DNA of 64,000 nucleotides from Thermoanaerobaculia bacterium (GTDB lineage Bacteria; Acidobacteriota; Thermoanaerobaculia; Gp7-AA8): NCBI GenBank assembly GCA_035688915.1, contig DASSMK010000346.1, positions 25,389 to 89,388 of the forward strand, read 5' to 3'. Shown piece by piece: positions 9,255 to 19,131 of this stretch (position 1 is its first letter; each line of letters starts with the position of its first letter). The notes under the pieces were generated by a model. It saw only the letters and a program-made list of their open reading frames with translations, ran no database searches and was not told where the DNA came from. The position numbers and the translations under genes were made by a program.

Positions 9255-9494
9255 ATGACAGGCGAACATTCGTACGTTACCCCTCCCGCTTCCTGCCGTA
9301 AAGATGTCCCTGTGGCCATCCTCGCCGGGACGGACCTCGAGCTCACGCCGTCGCGCCCCTACCTGCACGTGACGGAGAGCGCCGGCATCGTCCAGCTCAG
9401 CGGCGGGATGTGGACGGTGCGGTTTCATCCCACGCCGCGGGACGTCGCCGGACGCGACTCAGCGGCGACGGCCCTCGTAGGGGCCGTAAGATGA
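9255..9494 (+). CDS. small hypothetical protein (79 aa)
   Basis: AAGGAG lies 11 nt upstream of the ATG. The stop overlaps the next start in ATGA. Confidence 0.55.
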   Translation: MTGEHSYVTPPASCRKDVPVAILAGTDLELTPSRPYLHVTESAGIVQLSGGMWTVRFHPTPRDVAGRDSAATALVGAVR

Positions 9495-10618
9495 GCGCGC
9501 GGCGTTCCATCTCGACCGCGCGACGCAATGGCACACAGGGCGATCGAACGGCGGTTGACAGCTACCGCCTGACACTCCCGCGCACGACGCCGGCAGTCAG
9601 CAGCGGGGGGCCGACCGCCGCCCTCCTCGGTCGGTATGCGGCCGAGCCGACCGGGAACGCGGCCGTTTTCGCGCACGCGCTCGTGGATACGATCGAGAGC
9701 GACCCAGATGTGCTCCGCGACGTGCTCCTCGCGACCGCCGATCGGCGCGACCCGGCCGTGCGCGCGCGACGCGCGCACGTGTGCGAGGTCACATCGAAGG
9801 CACTCGCCCGCTGCTACGCGCAGTTGTTTGCCGATCCGGACGGGCACGCCATTCTCGATGCTGAACGCACAAGAAATGAGCTCGGCCTAACGCTGGCCGC
9901 AACAGCTCGCACGCACGTGGTCGAGCGCGCGATCACGCGGTTGTCCGACTTGGTACGCGAGTGCCGGGATCCGGCATTTCGGACGGCGCGACAGCGACGC
10001 CGACGGGGCATCTTTCGCCGACCTGGCGATGGACTCCCGCTCTTTCAGCCGGCGCAGCCCGTCGGATGCACGGGTGCGTTTTACGGCGAGCGCGACGCGT
10101 TGGAGTGGCGGTTTATCGCGCTTGAGCCGCTGCACCTCGTCGACGCGGACGGCGAGAAGTACGTGGACCTTGTCCCATCATCCGGTGCCAACGCGGAGGT
10201 AGGCGTGATCCCGTTCGACGTGTTCTGCACGTGGCGAAACATCTCGTTGTCCCGAAGGTACAAAGCTGGCGAACGCAAGGTTCCGCGCGACGGGCGCCGC
10301 GTCGTCCGCCAGGACGAACCGATCGTCGGCTTGCACGAAGACGCGTTTGGGCGGCTTATGGTGGATCTTCGCCTCCACTTGCTCGACGAGATCGCGCGGC
10401 GCACAGGCGCGTGGAGCGCCGCCGCACACGGGGCGAAGATGGACCGCGCCGCGGCGCGCGAAGCTACGAAGATGCCCACGAGTTCCGTGACCGGCCCGCT
10501 TACGCGGACCGAGCGTTTCCTGGAGCAACTTCGGCGCGAGGGGGCGGACGTCGAACACCTCAGAACGATGTGGAACGCGCAGGTCGCGGAAGAGCGGCGC
10601 CTGGGGATCTACCGGTGA
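9491..10618 (+). CDS. hypothetical protein (375 aa)
   Basis: ORF 9410..10618 with the start moved to Met28 (ATGA overlap with the upstream stop). No recognisable motifs. Confidence 0.5.
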   Translation: MSARRSISTARRNGTQGDRTAVDSYRLTLPRTTPAVSSGGPTAALLGRYAAEPTGNAAVFAHALVDTIESDPDVLRDVLLATADRRDPAVRARRAHVCEVTSKALARCYAQLFADPDGHAILDAERTRNELGLTLAATARTHVVERAITRLSDLVRECRDPAFRTARQRRRRGIFRRPGDGLPLFQPAQPVGCTGAFYGERDALEWRFIALEPLHLVDADGEKYVDLVPSSGANAEVGVIPFDVFCTWRNISLSRRYKAGERKVPRDGRRVVRQDEPIVGLHEDAFGRLMVDLRLHLLDEIARRTGAWSAAAHGAKMDRAAAREATKMPTSSVTGPLTRTERFLEQLRREGADVEHLRTMWNAQVAEERRLGIYR

Positions 10619-10639
10619 TGCGCCATGACTGCACTGCGA

Positions 10640-12535
10640 TCACTCGCTCCACAGCCGCACGACGACCACGCCAGCAACCGTTTCCTTCACGGGCTGGTCG
10701 TTCGTTTCGTGGAGTTCCACCGTGAGATAGTTCTGGATGCTGTGACTCTTCGCGTTCTGCGCTTCGATCAGGCGCAGCACTCGGTCGCGACGCTCCATGA
10801 TGCCCTTCGCTTTCGTGCGCACGATCTCTGCGACCGCCGTGCTCTCCGCCGCTGTGGCGAGCTGCTGCCAGAAGTACTGAACGAAGGGCCCGGTGAAGAC
10901 GATGTGCTGCTTCTCGAACGAGGTCTTCGGCTCGACGAGGTACGCGTAGCTGCGGTCCGCGCCGAAGGACGCGAGCACCGCGCGTGCCGTTCCCGCGAGC
11001 GCCGAGATCTCGCCAGCGAGCGGCTCCACGACGCGTGGCGACTTGAGTAGGCCGATCCGACCGACGGTCCCGAAGTACGTCTCTTGAAGCGCCAAGAAGT
11101 GCTCACCCTTCAACCGCCCGATCCACGTCAAGCGCTTCTGGCGCTCGCGCCGCTGGATCGTGCGCGGCGGCATGCCGTCGGGACGCGTGAAGCGCCACTC
11201 AATCTCGTAGTACCGCCCATCCATCGCGAGGATCTGCGGGGCGTCGTTGGGAAACATCGGCGGTCGAACCGTTCCGTGGAGGAGCATCGCGGCTTCAGCT
11301 TTCGGCCCCGTACCATCGCGGTCGATTAGATCGCATGCGCCGGACATTACGGCGATGAGCTCCCTGCCGACGAGTGGCCTGCTCTTAAGTCGCCGTCCGA
11401 CGAGATAAACGTCACCGTGCTGCGGTAAAGGGTTCTCAGATCGTGGCGCAGTGGAGATGCGACCTGCAGCGTACAGTTCAGCGAAGGCGTTCGACGGCGG
11501 CTCAAAGTACGCGGCCAAGCCAGCGAACGGCTTTTCGCCACCGCCCGCCGACGGCGCGCCGTAGGCGTGTGCGACGCGCTCGGCGAGCGCAGCCGCGCTC
11601 AGTTCCTTCACGTAGTCATCGAGGGCCTGCCCCTCGTTCTGGAGGCTCAGATGGTAGAGCCTTCCGAAGTCCGCAATCGTGAGGTTCCGCAGTCGCTCCT
11701 CGACCCATGCGCTGGCCTCCTTGAGTACGGTCGGCCAGGACTGCTGGATCGGTTCGAGGAACGCTGATGCTGCGCACGTTCGGAAGATGTCGCCGATCGC
11801 GAGCAGCTCGTGCGGCTCGTTCGTCGCGAGGGCCTGTTTCGAGATGAAGCGGAATCGGACGGCGAGCTGCTTCGCCGAATCCCGGAAGTCCTCCGCCACA
11901 GCCTGACTCCCTTGCGAGGAGATGAGCACGAACGCCGGCGCTGTGTGGGTAGGATCCGCGTTCGCCACCTCGCGGACTTGGCGGAGGTAGTCGATCGCGC
12001 GCTCGCGCGCCGCGTCGTAGACGCCGACTGGTGTCGCGCCGCTGGCGGCAAAGGGAACAGCGTCGGAGAGGTAGAGGTCGAGGAACACGACATCGGCGCT
12101 TGCGACGCGTTCCGCCGGCGTATCAGAGGCGAAGCGCAGAACAGGCGGCGCGACCGCTTCTAAGAGCTCCTCAAGCGGCCGGAGTTGCGCGAGCTTACTC
12201 TGCCGATCGAGGCTTACGTCGTCGAAGAGGCGCTGCAACGCATCACGCGTCTCTGCCGCGACCGCCACGCCCTCTACGATGCCAAGATGAAGGTCCCATA
12301 GGCGACGCACGCGCATGACGTCCGTCGTGAACCGCTCGTAGTCATCGAGCGTGTCGTCCGAGACGACTGCGTTGAGATCGTTGCGAACCGCGGGCACGTC
12401 TTCAAATGCCTGCACAAACTGGTTAAATGCGTTCTCCGAGATTTCCGCCGGTCGCGGCGGATCGTATGCATCGTCCACGATTGCGAGTCGCTGCACCTTC
12501 CCCGTGTGTGCCGCTTCGATGAGGAAATTAACCAT
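10640..12535 (-). CDS. receiver (REC)-like N-terminal domain protein with an uncharacterised C-terminal domain of about 450 aa; last gene of the Ssp-like operon
   Basis: N-terminal beta1-like LAIVDDAYDPP, beta3-like ADVVFLDLYLSDA, beta4-like APAFVLISSQGSQ and ...FISKQAL resemble CheY-fold landmarks, but with an insert of about 110 aa. The start ATG at 12535 lies 2 nt after the upstream stop (12528-12530). Confidence 0.6.
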   Translation of the reverse strand: MVNFLIEAAHTGKVQRLAIVDDAYDPPRPAEISENAFNQFVQAFEDVPAVRNDLNAVVSDDTLDDYERFTTDVMRVRRLWDLHLGIVEGVAVAAETRDALQRLFDDVSLDRQSKLAQLRPLEELLEAVAPPVLRFASDTPAERVASADVVFLDLYLSDAVPFAASGATPVGVYDAARERAIDYLRQVREVANADPTHTAPAFVLISSQGSQAVAEDFRDSAKQLAVRFRFISKQALATNEPHELLAIGDIFRTCAASAFLEPIQQSWPTVLKEASAWVEERLRNLTIADFGRLYHLSLQNEGQALDDYVKELSAAALAERVAHAYGAPSAGGGEKPFAGLAAYFEPPSNAFAELYAAGRISTAPRSENPLPQHGDVYLVGRRLKSRPLVGRELIAVMSGACDLIDRDGTGPKAEAAMLLHGTVRPPMFPNDAPQILAMDGRYYEIEWRFTRPDGMPPRTIQRRERQKRLTWIGRLKGEHFLALQETYFGTVGRIGLLKSPRVVEPLAGEISALAGTARAVLASFGADRSYAYLVEPKTSFEKQHIVFTGPFVQYFWQQLATAAESTAVAEIVRTKAKGIMERRDRVLRLIEAQNAKSHSIQNYLTVELHETNDQPVKETVAGVVVVRLWSE

Positions 12536-14879
12536 GGGACGTGTGAGGCGCGATGTCGAGGACGAAGGTGTGGAGCGCAACACCGTGGCCACGGCCGGCA
12601 CGCGAGAGCGTTAGCTTCCACCCGTGGTAGTCGCTGAGCTCCCGCGCGATGTATAGGCCCAACCCGCTGCCTTCGCCAGGAGGCTTCAAGGTTACAAAAG
12701 GAAGGAAGATCTCATCCGCGCGCGACGGAGGTACGCCTGGGCCGTTGTCGGTGATTGCGATCGTCTGGTGCTCGCCATCAAGCGTGATGGTGATCCGAGG
12801 CCGGAATCCGGGTTGTGCGACGCGTTGGTACTTCAGCCAGTAGAACGAGTTCGCGAGGAGATTCTCGAGGATCTGGATGAGCATGCCCTTTACGGCACGA
12901 ATGCGCCACGGCTTGTCCGAATCCGCATCGATGCGGACGTCGACCCGATGCCGCGCCGCCTGGGTAGCGCGCGCGTCGACGATCTGCTCCACGACGTCGC
13001 GGACAGCGAACGTCTCTTTGACCTGCCGGCGCGCGGTACTCAGCGGGTCGAGCGTCTGGATCCGCTTCTGCAGTGTCTTTAGTTGCGTCGCGAGCGTGTC
13101 GAAGACGGCGGGCAAGCGTCCCGGCAGTGCGTACGCGTCAACGCTCTCGAGGGTACCGAGCGTGTTCGTCGTGGCGCGACCAAGTTCGTGGAGGATGAGC
13201 TCTACCATCAGCCCGAGGCCTGCGAGGTGGACGAACTTCCGCCGCTCGTCTTTGTAGTCCTCCACGATCTCGTCGACGCCGTCGATTTGCGCGGTGAGCT
13301 GCTGGACGAGCCGCTCCACTTCGCGAAGCGGTTTAGCCTGCTCGGGCGCGTCGGCAGCGATCTGCCGGATCCGCCTCTGCACTTCGGTCTTCGCTGTTAG
13401 CACGCGTTCTTTCAGAACCTCCAACGACGTGAGTTCCTCGCGTTTGAGTTCCTCTTCGATATCGTCGCTGAAGGCCTTGAAGTCTTCGAGGATTCGTTGA
13501 AGGATGAACACAAACGCCGCCTTGTGATCGTTGTCGACGAGTCCCTCGCGGTTCGTCTGCTCCGTAAGGTGGCGGTTGCGCCATGTGAGGTTGACGCGCC
13601 CGATGATCTGCTGCCGATTGAGCTTGTACCCGCGCCGGCCGAACGCCCGTTTGTCGAGTTCCAGCCAATCGTCATCGGGGCCGCCGTACGGCTGGATTCG
13701 GAACTGGTCCCGGAACACCATGAGGCCGCCTCCCCACTGCCGCACGAGGTCCAGCACGTCGTTCCGGGTCCCGAGTCCCTCGATCGCCGTGAGGTGCTTC
13801 CGGTTGAACCAGAGGAACTCGAGGTGGAAGGGTCCGAGCGACCGAAGCACGCTCGGCGACGTCGCTTTCGTGACGGAGAGGAGTTCGACTTCCGAGAGGG
13901 ATACCGGCTTCTTCTTCAGCGTGTGGAGGCGGTAGTCGAAATCGCCGGTCAGGTGCGCATGCCCTTCAGCGTCGTATCCGAGCCGACACGTCACGATCGC
14001 GTGGGCGACTTCGAACAACCGTGCCGCCATTTGCGGCAGCGTAAGTCGCTCGCCGTTGTACATGATGCGGAACAGTCGGTTGGCGCGCCGGCGGTCGAAC
14101 GGGTCGACCATCCGCGCGAACTCCGTTCGAAGGAGCGCGCCGACCTTCCCTCGGTGCCAGTCGCTCCGTAGGTGCGAGATGCGGATCGTCGTACCACTGG
14201 AGGCAGCATCATCCTTGCGCCGGCCACGCTTCGGCGCGACCGGGATCTCTTCGAGGAGCGCGTCCGAGCTGTGGCTGAACTGCCGCCAGTCGATATCGAG
14301 CACGTTCCAGTGCGCCTCACCGGTACGTGACGTCTGGACATGGAGCACCTCGCCGAGGCGCATCGTCGAGAGGCGGCCCACACCCTTGTCGCCGAGGAGG
14401 ACGCGACCAGGTTCAGTGCCTCCGTTCCACGTCTCCTTCTCGTGCCGACGCGACCGCGTCCCGATCGTCAGATAGACGTCATCGAGCTCGCGAAGCGACA
14501 TCCCGTCGCCGTCGTCGCTGATCTCAATGAAGTTCTCGGCGTCGTATGCGGCGTCGAGCGCGCCGCGAACGGCGTCGACGTCGTCACCCGCATCCACGAT
14601 CCGGCGCAGGAACCGGCGACGGGCTTCAGGAGGCACCTCGTCGACGATCCAGCCGGGGAGGAGCTCGCGAAGGCCGTCGAGCGCCGGCTCCTTCGCCGCG
14701 AGCAGCTCGAGCGCCTGCTGGTAGCGCGAGTGCGGGAGGACCGACTGCACCGTAATGCGCACGACCGGGGAGCGCGCATCGACCGCGTTCTTCACGAGTT
14801 CGAACACAGCTGCGGCATCGGAGCCGATCAGCTCCGCGCCGAGTTCGAGCAGCGTCCGGGCCGCGATCCGAAAAGCCAT
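12528..14879 (-). CDS. hybrid ATPase: N-terminal MORC/Hsp90/MutL-type GHKL domain plus a C-terminal histidine-kinase core (DHp H-box and HATPase_c)
   Basis: N-terminal motifs are AVFELVKNAVDA (N-box), IEISDDGDGMSLRELDDVY (G1) and LGDKGVGRLS (G2). The C-terminus has the H-box-like LILHELGRATTNTL, the N-box MLIQILENLLANSFYW, G1 ITDNGPGVP, F IFLPF and G2 GEGSGLGLYIAREL. Confidence 0.75.
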   Translation of the reverse strand: MAFRIAARTLLELGAELIGSDAAAVFELVKNAVDARSPVVRITVQSVLPHSRYQQALELLAAKEPALDGLRELLPGWIVDEVPPEARRRFLRRIVDAGDDVDAVRGALDAAYDAENFIEISDDGDGMSLRELDDVYLTIGTRSRRHEKETWNGGTEPGRVLLGDKGVGRLSTMRLGEVLHVQTSRTGEAHWNVLDIDWRQFSHSSDALLEEIPVAPKRGRRKDDAASSGTTIRISHLRSDWHRGKVGALLRTEFARMVDPFDRRRANRLFRIMYNGERLTLPQMAARLFEVAHAIVTCRLGYDAEGHAHLTGDFDYRLHTLKKKPVSLSEVELLSVTKATSPSVLRSLGPFHLEFLWFNRKHLTAIEGLGTRNDVLDLVRQWGGGLMVFRDQFRIQPYGGPDDDWLELDKRAFGRRGYKLNRQQIIGRVNLTWRNRHLTEQTNREGLVDNDHKAAFVFILQRILEDFKAFSDDIEEELKREELTSLEVLKERVLTAKTEVQRRIRQIAADAPEQAKPLREVERLVQQLTAQIDGVDEIVEDYKDERRKFVHLAGLGLMVELILHELGRATTNTLGTLESVDAYALPGRLPAVFDTLATQLKTLQKRIQTLDPLSTARRQVKETFAVRDVVEQIVDARATQAARHRVDVRIDADSDKPWRIRAVKGMLIQILENLLANSFYWLKYQRVAQPGFRPRITITLDGEHQTIAITDNGPGVPPSRADEIFLPFVTLKPPGEGSGLGLYIARELSDYHGWKLTLSRAGRGHGVALHTFVLDIAPHTSHG

Positions 14880-14894
14880 TCCGAGTAGACCCGC

Positions 14895-15710
14895 CTACAG
14901 CGTGCAGATCAGGCACGCCTCATCCGCGTCGGACGTCTCGGTGCGGCGGGCGAAGACCTCTGCTAACGTGAGATTCTCTCCCCGTATGGCCTGGGCGCGG
15001 GCGCGCCGCGCGTGCTCGTCGCGGATCGCCTGCTGGCGCTCAGGCCGCTCCAGCTCTTCTAAGCTCTCGCCGCTCGTCCATGTGAAGACGTTGCCGCTGC
15101 CCGGGTACGGCCGCTCGTACGTCTTCGCTTCCTCGAACAGATCCGGGTGCTGCGCCTTCAGGTGAACCCACTCGATCTTCTGCTGGTAGAAGCAGAAGAA
15201 GCATCCGGATCGGGTCCGGCCCCACTCCGTGTACGGCGGCATGCCGACTCCCGAGGTCCGGAGGATCTCCTCAACGTCCGCGAGCTTCAGGCCGTCGTCG
15301 CGAAAGGGGTAGATCGGCGTGATATTCGGCTTGTGGCTGATGTAGCCAGCCCGGTCTTCGTCGGCTCGGAGACCGATGTAGTTGAAAACCACGTCCTCGC
15401 CGACGAAGTCTTCGAATGGCTTGAGCTTCAGCATCTTCGTGCACCACCGGCGGTGATTCGACGGAATCATGCCGCCGTACACCTCGTACCAGTGGTCGAA
15501 GCCGAGGTCGGCGTTCAGCCGGATGACTGGGCGTCCGAGGAAGTCCTCGAGACGCGCGAGGTAGTCATACGTCTCCGGAAGCTCCTTTCCGGTGTCATTG
15601 AAGACGTACTCCATCTCCGCCACACGCTCGCGCATGTAGATCGCGAGCGCGGCGCTGTCCTTCCCCCCCGACAGACTGAGGATGTGCCGTGGCCCCGGTT
15701 CGTCATTCAT
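14895..15710 (-). CDS. PAPS-reductase-family PP-loop ATP pyrophosphatase (SspD/DndC-like)
   Basis: PP-loop SLSGGKDSAALAIY and the Cys motif CFFCFYQQ. The start was moved to Met40 (15710), 2 nt after the upstream stop at 15703-15705. Confidence 0.75.
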   Translation of the reverse strand: MNDEPGPRHILSLSGGKDSAALAIYMRERVAEMEYVFNDTGKELPETYDYLARLEDFLGRPVIRLNADLGFDHWYEVYGGMIPSNHRRWCTKMLKLKPFEDFVGEDVVFNYIGLRADEDRAGYISHKPNITPIYPFRDDGLKLADVEEILRTSGVGMPPYTEWGRTRSGCFFCFYQQKIEWVHLKAQHPDLFEEAKTYERPYPGSGNVFTWTSGESLEELERPERQQAIRDEHARRARAQAIRGENLTLAEVFARRTETSDADEACLICTL

Positions 15711-18700
15711 TTGCAAGGCGCTCCCGATCTTTCTCAGCAGCAGCGTACTCGATGAGCAGCTGTCCGAGAATATCGCGCGCGTCGGCGCGGTCCGCGAGCA
15801 GGGCACGAATCTGACGGAGGCGATCATTCAACGCGTGCGATCGCCCACTGCGGACGAGCAGGGTTTCCTCGTGGCCGTTTAGGTCCGTAACGTAGATGCT
15901 CGCGACCGGCGCCGAGAGCGGTACAGCCACGCCAACCGTGGCGTGCGCGATCACGACCCACCGCGTGAGTTGCCGCGCGAGCGATCGAATCTCGAAGGTG
16001 AAGTGATCGAGGCTCGTTGCGTTCCATGCGTCGAGCCGGCGCCCGACAATCAGGCTCGCGATGCTGTCGAGCCACTTGTCATCCGAAAGATCGCTCGCGG
16101 TCCGATCGACGAACGCGCGCAGCCGGACATCGGTGAGATGCTCGCGGTACGGCACGTGGTCCCGCTGAATCTCGGCGCGAAGCACGTCGATCGCCGGAAC
16201 GCCGAACGCGTCGAGGATGGCGGTGGCTGCGCTCCGCTGCAGCTGCGGTCGCGCGTCGAGCAGTTCCTGGAGCGCCGCGTTGAGGCGCGCCACGAACCCA
16301 CGCGGGTTGTACGCCTTCGCAGAATCGGTCGGTATGGCGTCCAGGCCGCACGCGATCGGGAGGTCGTCGTACAGCAGTTGAATTGGCTCACGGGCGCGCT
16401 TCAGGGCAACGCGCACCGCATCCGCGGCCGCGGAGACGCGTGCAGCGTCGCGCGTGTAGTCGGGCAGCGCGTTCCACCAAGTATAGAGCGCCTCGGTCAC
16501 AGGCTTGACAGCGGCTATCGGGCGCGTCCCGTCCCGCCAGATTACGAGGTTCGCAACGAGCGCTTGCAAGAGTGCCCGCGTGGACGACGCTTGGCCAACG
16601 TACCGAAGGGCGAAGTGCGCAGGCGTTTTAGCAAGCCGCATGAAGTGTGCGCCAGTAACCGACGGCTGGAAGCTGCCGCGCTCCATGAACGCTACCGTAT
16701 CGGCGTGGTGAAGCATGAAGGCCGCGATGACGAGGAGCGCTGGCCCGGCGCGCAGTCCGAACGGTGGCGCGCTCAGGTAGGCAAGGAGCTCTTCGAACGA
16801 GCAGGTGCCGTACGCGATGAGATGCGTCCCAATCGCGTCCCACACCGGCCGCCACCGGAGCGGATCTGGATCCGGCGGCGCGAAGCGCCACGTTCCGGGC
16901 GCGATCTCCTGGTGCATGCCCGATGCGCGGAACATCGAGAGATACATTGTGCGCTCGGGCGGTGCGCCCACGAGCCCCAAGTGCTCGCGCGTGCTGTCCT
17001 CCGCCATCAGCTCCAACAGGCGCATCCGCGCACTCGCTGCGGCCGAGGAGAGTGTCGATCGATTAATGAGTTCGTTCTTGAGTATCGGCGCTGCCGCGTA
17101 CGCATTGTCACAGATGGTGGAAAGGAACTCGCTGACGTCGGCGGAACGAGTGAAACCGTGTAAACCACCGTCGTGCAGCCACACAGCGTCCGTTCCGTCG
17201 CCCGCACTCGGCGTGCAGAACGGTCGGAGCCGCGCCGCGAGCGCATCTTCCGCGGCTGACACCCGACGGCGGACTTCGCGTCGAGCGAGATCGTCGCCGC
17301 GCAATTCGCCGCACTCCGCTTGAATCCAGCGCCAGACCGAAAGGTCGTGCGCGCACGCAAGGTCTGCGGGCGTTATACGTCGAATGCAGAAGACGGTGCG
17401 GGCATCGGCGGTCTGCGACGCCGCCCGTACCCCCGCGTGAACCACGTCGACTCGCTCGTCCGGATACGCGGGCACGACGACAATCGTGCCATCGCACTCG
17501 CCGCCCGGATCGGTCGGAATCGCCAACGGCGCCGGGCGATTCCAGACGTGCACCGCGAAGGCGCGGAGGGTTCCAGTCGCGTGGTAGTGACGGTGCGCGA
17601 TGAGCGGTCGCGCAGCGGGAAGCGATGCGAGCACTGCGTCCAGCCGTTGGACTGGCGGGACCCGGATCATTGCTTCCTCAACCCACGTGGCGAGGTCGAC
17701 GTTGGTGCTCGCCCATGGACTGTAGTCACCGCGGTGCGCGCGGCGATACAGGAGGTTGCGGCGCACCAGCCGGGCGAGCGCCTGTTCGACTTCCCCGAGC
17801 GGCGCACCAATGCACCACGCGAGTGTGTCCGCGTCAGCCTTCAGCCCCGCCATCGGCTCAAGCGCGGCGAAGAGGCCGACGCACTTCAGCACCTCAGCGT
17901 CCACCGCTTTGAGATCGACCGTCGTTTGGAGCGTGTCGATGACGAGCGTCCAGCGGCGGTCGCGGCTCTCGGCCTGCGGTGATTGCTGCGCGGCGAGGTA
18001 GTCGAAGAGATCCGGCAGGCGGTACCACCGCGTCGGGTCGAGCGATGTCGATTCCACGAATCGCTGGAACCCGAATGGCTCGTATGATTGCAAGAAGCTG
18101 AAGATCGACCGGCCGTTCTGACCGAACCGTCGCGCGTGCTGCGCGAGGCACGCGACCACGGACGGGTGCAGCGGATACAGCTGCGGCGCTACTGTGGTGA
18201 GCGTTGTGTGCGCGCCGAAGACGCCGCGCTTCGCCCCCTCGCCGTAGAGACGCCGCGCGTGGGTCGTCACCTTCCGGACGCTCGCAGGCGTATGGGTGAG
18301 CGCCTCCGCTAGCAGGAAGGCCGCTTCGTCCGTCGATTCGACGAGCGGCACGTCCTCGTACCGTTCGGCTGAGCGTGCCCACTCTGCTTCGACCCACGCG
18401 CCGAATCCGGCTGCGTAGTCGGCGAATCGGTGGTGGAGCAGCCCAACCACCGCGAGCGGCGCCTTCGTCGCCCCCCCCGCGGATTCAGCCAGCCGCTGGA
18501 AGATCGCGACGTCCTCGGTCGCGCGGTTCAGCGCGGCGTACTCGAGGTAGCGGCCCATCTCATCGATGAGGAGAAGTACGCCGCCTTTCCTTGTCGCTGC
18601 AGCCCGTTCTGCGTACCGGGCGAGCAGATCGAGCACGCGTGCCGTGTCGTTCGAGTGGCGGCGGAGGGCCGCCGCGTCGCGCGCGATTGCGGGAGAGGCG

Positions 18701-19131
18701 ACGCCGGCACGATCGGACGCCGCTTCGTAGATGGCGTCGAGCAACGCTTCTGCAAACCGCATGTGCTGGCCGTTCAGGACGATCGGCACGTACGAGGGCA
18801 CGGCCGTGGCAGCCTCCGTAAGTCCGGAACGACGGACGAGCTCGAACGCCGCACCGCGTCTAGTAGCGCGCTCGAGGACAAGACGCGCAAGGAGAAGGCC
18901 GAGCGCCGACTTCCCGCTGCCGTACGGTCCGGTGACGCGGAACGCTCTCTGGGTCGAGTCGCGTGCGATGCCGTGGAGGATTCGCTGCAGCGCCTCGTGG
19001 ACGGATGGCGTGACGACGTACCCTTCAAGCGCCCGTCCGTCCGTAAGGTCGCGTACTAGGTCGACCGATCGCACGTACCGGCGCGTGATCGTGATGTGCT
19101 CGGCGAGACGGTCGTTTGGTCTCACTGCCAT
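15703..19131 (-). CDS. large P-loop ATPase, 1142 aa (BrxC/DUF499-like; SspC-like position)
   Basis: Walker A RVTGPYGSGKSALGLL and Walker B GGVLLLIDEMGRYLE, followed by a C-terminal region of more than 900 aa. The start was moved to Met35 (19131), 6 nt after the upstream stop. Confidence 0.7.
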   Translation of the reverse strand: MAVRPNDRLAEHITITRRYVRSVDLVRDLTDGRALEGYVVTPSVHEALQRILHGIARDSTQRAFRVTGPYGSGKSALGLLLARLVLERATRRGAAFELVRRSGLTEAATAVPSYVPIVLNGQHMRFAEALLDAIYEAASDRAGVASPAIARDAAALRRHSNDTARVLDLLARYAERAAATRKGGVLLLIDEMGRYLEYAALNRATEDVAIFQRLAESAGGATKAPLAVVGLLHHRFADYAAGFGAWVEAEWARSAERYEDVPLVESTDEAAFLLAEALTHTPASVRKVTTHARRLYGEGAKRGVFGAHTTLTTVAPQLYPLHPSVVACLAQHARRFGQNGRSIFSFLQSYEPFGFQRFVESTSLDPTRWYRLPDLFDYLAAQQSPQAESRDRRWTLVIDTLQTTVDLKAVDAEVLKCVGLFAALEPMAGLKADADTLAWCIGAPLGEVEQALARLVRRNLLYRRAHRGDYSPWASTNVDLATWVEEAMIRVPPVQRLDAVLASLPAARPLIAHRHYHATGTLRAFAVHVWNRPAPLAIPTDPGGECDGTIVVVPAYPDERVDVVHAGVRAASQTADARTVFCIRRITPADLACAHDLSVWRWIQAECGELRGDDLARREVRRRVSAAEDALAARLRPFCTPSAGDGTDAVWLHDGGLHGFTRSADVSEFLSTICDNAYAAAPILKNELINRSTLSSAAASARMRLLELMAEDSTREHLGLVGAPPERTMYLSMFRASGMHQEIAPGTWRFAPPDPDPLRWRPVWDAIGTHLIAYGTCSFEELLAYLSAPPFGLRAGPALLVIAAFMLHHADTVAFMERGSFQPSVTGAHFMRLAKTPAHFALRYVGQASSTRALLQALVANLVIWRDGTRPIAAVKPVTEALYTWWNALPDYTRDAARVSAAADAVRVALKRAREPIQLLYDDLPIACGLDAIPTDSAKAYNPRGFVARLNAALQELLDARPQLQRSAATAILDAFGVPAIDVLRAEIQRDHVPYREHLTDVRLRAFVDRTASDLSDDKWLDSIASLIVGRRLDAWNATSLDHFTFEIRSLARQLTRWVVIAHATVGVAVPLSAPVASIYVTDLNGHEETLLVRSGRSHALNDRLRQIRALLADRADARDILGQLLIEYAAAEKDRERLANE

